In this document: positions 44,008-45,144 of the stretch, one piece after another
Position numbering within the stretch: position 1 is the stretch's first letter
How the letters are laid out: the number at the start of each line of letters is the position of its first letter
The notes under the pieces: model-generated
The model's input: only the letters and a program-made list of their open reading frames with translations
What the model was told of the DNA's origin: nothing
Database searches by the model: none
Virus record (IMG/VR): IMGVR_UViG_3300032253_000005
Coordinates: 1 to 45,144 of that record
DNA: 45,144 nt
Source of the DNA: a virus
Lineage: Duplodnaviria > Caudoviricetes
Direction: 5' to 3' (one strand)
Program-made: the position numbers and the translations under genes

Positions 44008-45144
44008 TGCCACTCGACACGAACAACTACCTCACCGGCAGGACGCCAGTCAGCATCGGCCCGAACAAGGACCCGGCCGCTGACCTGGAGGCATTCGTCG
44101 AGCAGGCCACGATCAGCCTGGTCAACGGCGAGGTCGACTCGACCTTCCTGGTCAACGTCGTGTCGCCGTGGATCAACGTGCTGTCCGAGCCCTTCTCCGC
44201 GCCTGTCGACGGGACAGATTGTTCCAGCGCAGTCGCCACCGCCATCGCCGTTGCCAAGGCGTTCACGCCGGCGGGCGCGGAGGTTTACTTCCCGCGGGCG
44301 CAGTACATCATCGACGCCAACCAGGTCGTGCTCGACGGCAACGGTGTCATTCTCCGTGGCGCCGGGCGACTGAACACCGTCATCCGAGCGAAGACCGGGA
44401 CGGCGCTCACGTCGATGATCCATGTTGGCGTCACCGACTCGTCGACCACGGTCACCAGTGGCTGCGGCATCATCGACATGACCATCGACGGGTTCTCGGA
44501 ACTCGCCACGGCTGCGGTCACGACCTGGAACGCGCAGGACTTCCTGATGCGCGACGTCGAGATCAAGTCCGCGACCGGTCACGGGCTGCTCATGCAGACG
44601 AACGACGACGGCGTGAACACGCTGACGCGCAGGAACCACATCCAGAACTGTCGCGTGCGGAGCAACGGCGGTGACGGGGTGCGTTGCACCGGCGAGCGCT
44701 ACCTGTCGATCGACGAACTCTACGCGGACAACAACGCCGGTGTCGGCCTGGTGATCGAGGGCTTCGCCGAGGACACCGCTCCGCCAGCTTACGCTGGGAC
44801 GTCGGTGGTCCAGCTCGGTCGCATCGTCAGCGCCTCGAACTCGGGCGGTGGCTACCTGTTCGACCGCTACGCTGTCCTCTCTGCCGAGTCCCTGGTGTCC
44901 GAGACGAACACCGGGTGGGGCATCGAGTTGGACTCGGGCAACCAGACGGCAACGTCCGGCGAGTCGAACGACGGCTACATCGCGAACTACGAGTGCATTG
45001 GCGACAGCTCCGGCGGAATCAACGTCCGCGAGGAAGCCGACGTCCAGGGCATGAAGTGGGGCCGCGTTCACATCCACGAAAGCGCCGGCACTACGTTCGA
45101 CCAGGACACGGTCGGCATGTTCATCCGCGGTGCGCTCGACTGGC
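44007..45144 (+). CDS. Tailspike N-terminal part (missing from ORF track, open at the window end; about 602 aa when joined to 563-1233)
   Basis: TGATG start; DGTD.S.A...AI...VYFP..QY...LRGAG pectate-lyase-3-like start of beta-helix; in frame with ATG 44592. Confidence 0.85.
   Translation, partial: MPLDTNNYLTGRTPVSIGPNKDPAADLEAFVEQATISLVNGEVDSTFLVNVVSPWINVLSEPFSAPVDGTDCSSAVATAIAVAKAFTPAGAEVYFPRAQYIIDANQVVLDGNGVILRGAGRLNTVIRAKTGTALTSMIHVGVTDSSTTVTSGCGIIDMTIDGFSELATAAVTTWNAQDFLMRDVEIKSATGHGLLMQTNDDGVNTLTRRNHIQNCRVRSNGGDGVRCTGERYLSIDELYADNNAGVGLVIEGFAEDTAPPAYAGTSVVQLGRIVSASNSGGGYLFDRYAVLSAESLVSETNTGWGIELDSGNQTATSGESNDGYIANYECIGDSSGGINVREEADVQGMKWGRVHIHESAGTTFDQDTVGMFIRGALDW
44583..45144 (+). repeat. 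Terminal overlap copy 2
   Basis: See copy 1. Confidence 0.95.

Larger units (their letters stand above)
1..45144. mobile_element. Near-complete/complete circularly permuted tailed phage genome (podovirus-like, unit length about 44,582 bp)
   Basis: Terminase-portal-scaffold-capsid-adaptor-nozzle-fibre-spike-ejection gene order; ends overlap at offset 44582; dense phage-type gene overlaps (ATGA/TGATG); no host housekeeping genes. Confidence 0.95.

Overview
The window is an apparently complete, circularly permuted, high-GC tailed phage genome with podovirus-like architecture. Its unit length is about 44,582 bp. The two ends (1-562 and 44583-45144) overlap inside a beta-helix tailspike gene but differ at about 20 positions, so they represent two alleles; only the last 127 bp are identical. 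The + strand late arm runs from 30014 across the junction to 11309. It holds terminase small and large subunits, portal, scaffold, a DUF5309/SU10-type major capsid protein, an alpha/beta-hydrolase-like protein, tail adaptor, nozzle, tail fibre, tailspike, four probable ejection proteins, small membrane proteins and a sulfotransferase-like gene. The - strand arm (11319-29184) holds recombination and replication genes (Cas4-like PD-(D/E)xK nuclease, Rad52-family annealase, initiator-like and helicase-loader-like proteins, Holliday junction resolvase, XRE HTH) and many small accessory genes (C5-methyltransferase-like, Cys-rich Fe-S-like, SLOG, HslV-like peptidase, MazG, DUF6378-like). I recognised no integrase, DNA polymerase, reverse transcriptase, tRNA, CRISPR array or endolysin. 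Main observations: (i) six or seven dispersed 29-bp palindromic sites, CGYAAGTC-N13-GACTTACG, at module borders and on promoters; (ii) a Rad52-family annealase with an inserted EF-Ts N-terminal-like domain; (iii) gene-junction direct repeats that bracket single accessory genes; (iv) a 129-nt nested-stem RNA-like element upstream of a small membrane peptide. All family assignments come from recognising motifs by eye, not from database searches.
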